Source: Blasia pusilla (Eukaryota). From it: a stretch of DNA of 64,000 bases. Each line of letters starts with the position of its first letter. The stretch's first letter is position 1. A model generated the notes under the pieces. That model was not told the DNA's origin. It worked only from the letters and a program-made list of their open reading frames with translations, and did no database searches. The stretch lies in contig CM114271.1 in the NCBI GenBank assembly GCA_050084515.1, forward strand, positions 8,680,001-8,744,000. Direction: 5' to 3'. This document shows, piece by piece, positions 60,367 through 64,000 of this stretch. Position numbers and translations under genes: made by a program.

Positions 60367-63300
60367 CTACTCGAAAAGAGTCGTATCTCCCACGCAGTTG
60401 CATATCCTACATCCTAATATTTGGAGTAAGAAATAATGTTGGTCTTTAGATAGACTTTTAGTCAAAACATCAGCAGCCTGAACTGAGGATCTACATTCTT
60501 GTAGACGAATATTTTGTTGTTGAATGTGTTCTGATATGAAGAAGAATTTTAGTTCCAAATGTCGGATTTTGGAATTGGAACAAAAATTATTTGATAGTTG
60601 AATTGCAGCTTGATTGTCTTCGTAAAGAATTGTTGGAGTTTGCTGTAAAAAACCAATCTCAGCAAGTAAATGTCGAATCCAAAGTATTTCTTTGGTGGCC
60701 TCATTAAGGGCTATATATTCAGCTTCTGTAGTAGACTGTGCAGTAACTGTCTGCTTCCTTGAGGCCCAATGTACTGCACCTCCTGCCATGATAAGAACAA
60801 ATCCTGAAATAGATTTTCTATCATCTTTAGAAGAAGCGAAACTGGCATCTGCATAGGCCTGAAGAGTAAAATCATGGGTGGAACCATCAAAGGTGATACC
60901 CATATTCAAGTTCCTTCAAATACCTTAGAACATGCATGGCAGCTTGCCAATGCTCAATAGAATAGTTGGACATGTATTTACATAACTGGCCGACACTGAA
61001 AGAGATGTCAGGACGAGTCATGGTTGAAGCATACATAAGACTTCCAACTATCGTAGCATATGGATATTGCTGAAAATGAGCAAGATCATCACTTGTAGGA
61101 GCAGATGTGGGCTTGGACAATGTTGTCCCAGGCACAGAAGGGGTAGAAACTGTATGACAATCTTTCATACCGAATTCTACAAGTTTTTCACAGATATACC
61201 TTTGTTGGTGCAAAGAAATCTTGTGATGTGCCCTGTCTCTTACCACCTGAAGTCCTAACAAGTGATGAAGCTCTCCCATGTCAACCATTTAAAAAATGGA
61301 CTGAACATGAATTTTAAATTGTTGTAGCTGAATGAGATTATCTGCTAGGATAGCAAGATCATCTACATATACAGCAATTATGAGTAATTGATCTGTAGAA
61401 GATCGTTTGTGATATAGACAAGGATCATAAGTACTTCTGAAAAAACCTGCAGAAGTCAAATATCCATCCATCTTTTGATACCAAGCTCGGGAGGATTGCT
61501 TCAAGCCATAAAGAGCTTTCTTCAGAAGACATACCTGTGGACCTTGATCAGTTACCTCAAAACCGGGAGGTTGATGCATGTGTATGATTTCTTGTAGATC
61601 ACCATGAAGAAAAGCAGTCTTGACGTCCATTTGATGTAGTTCAGCATTGCGAACAGCAGCAATGGAAAGCAGCATCCGGAGAGAAGTGATATTTATGACA
61701 GGAGAAAATGTTTCTTTGTAATCAATTCCTTCTTTCTGTGAATAACCTTTGGCTACCAGCCTGGCTTTGTACTTGAGAATACTTCCTGAAGAAGACCGTT
61801 TGATCTTAAAAACCCATTTACAAGAGACTATATTGGTAGTATCTGTGGATGACTTGTGCTTTTTAAGGGTTTGTCACAAGAATCCAGGTTTTGTTTTCAT
61901 GAAGAGAGGCAATTTCAGCTTCCATAGCAGTTTGCCATTCATGAGAATCTGATCTAGAGAGAGCTTCTGTTCTAGTGAGTGGATCAGATTGGATACAAGA
62001 AGAGAGAAGAATGTTTGAGCAAGCAGCATCATACATATGTACTGGTACAGATGTTCGTGATGATCGCCTAGGATGAAAAGATGTGGGCAGATGTCCCATG
62101 GATTTCTCTAAAGCAACAGCACCTGTTTCTTTTGAAGTATCTCCCACTATTTCAGTATTTGTCTGAACTGTAGTTTTTCTTACTGCTTTAGGGACAGTTA
62201 TCAGTTCAGAGTTTTCTACTGGGAAATAATAAAAAAATGGAGAGTAAGTAGAGTGAAAAACAGGAGAGAAGGAGAAAGGAGTATCTTCATTGAAGACAAC
62301 ATCTTTGCTGAGAAAAACACGTTTTGTATTGGGATTGAAAAGTTTATAACATCTAGAACCAATCTGATAACCAAGGAATATACATTCTTCACCCATAGAA
62401 TCCATCTTTCTTCTTCTCTCAGCTGGAATGAGAGCAAATGCTTGACATCCAAACACTCGAAGATGTGTGAGAGTAGGTTTGAGACCACTCCAAGCTTCAG
62501 AAGGTGTTGTTGAAAGAGTTTGAGTAGGACTCAAGTTGCGAAGATAGTTAGCTGTAACAATTGCTTCTCCCCAAAATGATATAGGAAGGCGCATGTGAAT
62601 GAGCATACATCTTTCCGTTTCCTGTAGTGTGCGGTTGAGTCTTTCAGCAGATCCATTCTGCATAGGAGAATCTCTTCCTGTGCGTTGATGAAGAATACCA
62701 AAAGTCTGAAGAAAAACTTGGAAAGAAGAGTCTATGTATTCACCACCTCCATCTGTTCTGAGAACACGAATCTGGAGGCCAGTTTCTTTCTCAACCATGA
62801 TTTTGAACTTCTGGAATGTAGAAAAGACATCTGACTTCTTGTGAAGAATATAGACAAAGGATTTCTTTGTATATTGGTCAAGAAAAGTACAGAAATAGTA
62901 GGCGTTTCCAATACTGGGTGTCTTCATTGGTCCTGCCAGATCACTGTGAATCAGATCTAGAGCCTTTTGAACTGGAAGATCTTGTCCATCTCCTGTGATA
63001 TGTTGCCTGATGAGCTTGCCTTTAGCACAGCTTGTACAGAAATTGAGATCATTGACATGATCTAGACCTTGAACCATTTTCTTTTGATGTAGTTGCAATA
63101 AATGCTGATTGTTGAGATGTCCCATACGATTGTGCCAGAGGTTGGATGAACTTCTGGCTATCAAAATTGTCGATGGAGTACAAGGTTGACATTCAATTAG
63201 ATACATGCCATGCCTGGCAAAACCTGTACCTAAACAATGACCTTGCTTGATGAGTTCAAAAGACATATTGTGAGAATAGAAAAGGGTATCTATAGAGTTT

Positions 63301-64000
63301 TCAGCAAGTTTCTTCACAGAAACAATATTGTGCTGTCCTGTAGGAATGAACAGAACATTGGAAAGAGTATGTAATTCGAAAGAGCCTTTGACAAAAAGCT
63401 TTAATTGAACATTCCCAGTAGCTGTAGCATATATTTTGCCATTGCCTATTCCAGAAATGAGAATGGAGAAATAGGAAGGAAATTAGAGAACAGTTCTCTT
63501 TGACAGCAAACATGGGAATTTGAACCAGAATCAAGGATCCAAAGTTTGGAAAGATCTGGGAAAATAGATGTAGAGGATCTTTGTATCATAAACAGATAGA
63601 GTGGTTCATCTGGTTGTAGTTCCTCAGATGTGGAGCATGTTAATGCTTGAGTGATAGGTGAAGTATTGAGTAGTAAAGATGAGGTATCTTCTGGTTGAGT
63701 TTTGCAGAACTCACGGAATTTCTTGAGAAATTTTCTGTTAGGACATTTGCTAGAGATGTGATCTTTCTCATTACAAATGTAACAGTAAGGCTGTTTTCCA
63801 TTCCTCTGAGGAATGTTTCTTTGATACTGAGTAGATATAGACTGAAATGGACGTTTCCTGGTAGAATTATTAATAGAATTGGAAACTAGAATACTTTCAA
63901 AATTGGAAGGTTTATCTAGTTCAGAATCATACAATACTCCAGTTTGAAGATCGTCAAAAGAAGGTTTATCTTTCTGCATCAATACGTGAATGAGAGATTT
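60367..64000 (-). mobile_element. Ty1/Copia retrotransposon gag-pol (few frameshifts/stops; runs off the window); 3' LTR probably ~59726-60386
   Basis: Zn knuckle CYICNEKDHISSKC. Protease WILDSG. LWHNRMGH. Integrase HSDLAGP/RTDGGGEY/NGSAER. RT YKARLVAKGY/MDVKTAFLHG/YVDDL. RNaseH YADAS/TEAEY/ADVLTK. Confidence 0.95.

Overview
Repeat-rich plant-like genomic window (inferred from GT-AG introns, (GA)n tracts, a chromovirus with an iMet PBS and a plant-type PIG-W gene; species not determinable). About 57 kb is nested transposon DNA, followed by the 5' exons of a host PIG-W/GWT1 gene and a Copia element. Two different methyltransferase-carrying transposons dominate. (1) A Mutator-like DNA transposon, in two head-to-tail copies at 2784-29339, pairs a GCM-like/DDE/SWIM transposase with a divergently transcribed spliced gene encoding a ParB/Srx-like (DGNHR) domain plus a beta-class N4C/N6A amino-methyltransferase. 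That gene only reads through once a 6-kb insert is removed. The element also carries dozens of GCAACCCGTCGG-N3-CCGACGGGTTGC palindromes and an MSA+TATA promoter. (2) A Ty3/Gypsy family (at least 5 fragments) has a C5-cytosine methyltransferase between protease and RT, a PHD finger after integrase, and apparently split direct repeats (A...B-A-B) instead of ordinary LTRs. Also present: chromovirus LTR remnants, a CACTA terminus with a ~340-bp tandem array, and a ~211-bp tandem array. All TE copies are disrupted. Coordinates were read by eye and domain calls rest on motif recognition, not database searches.
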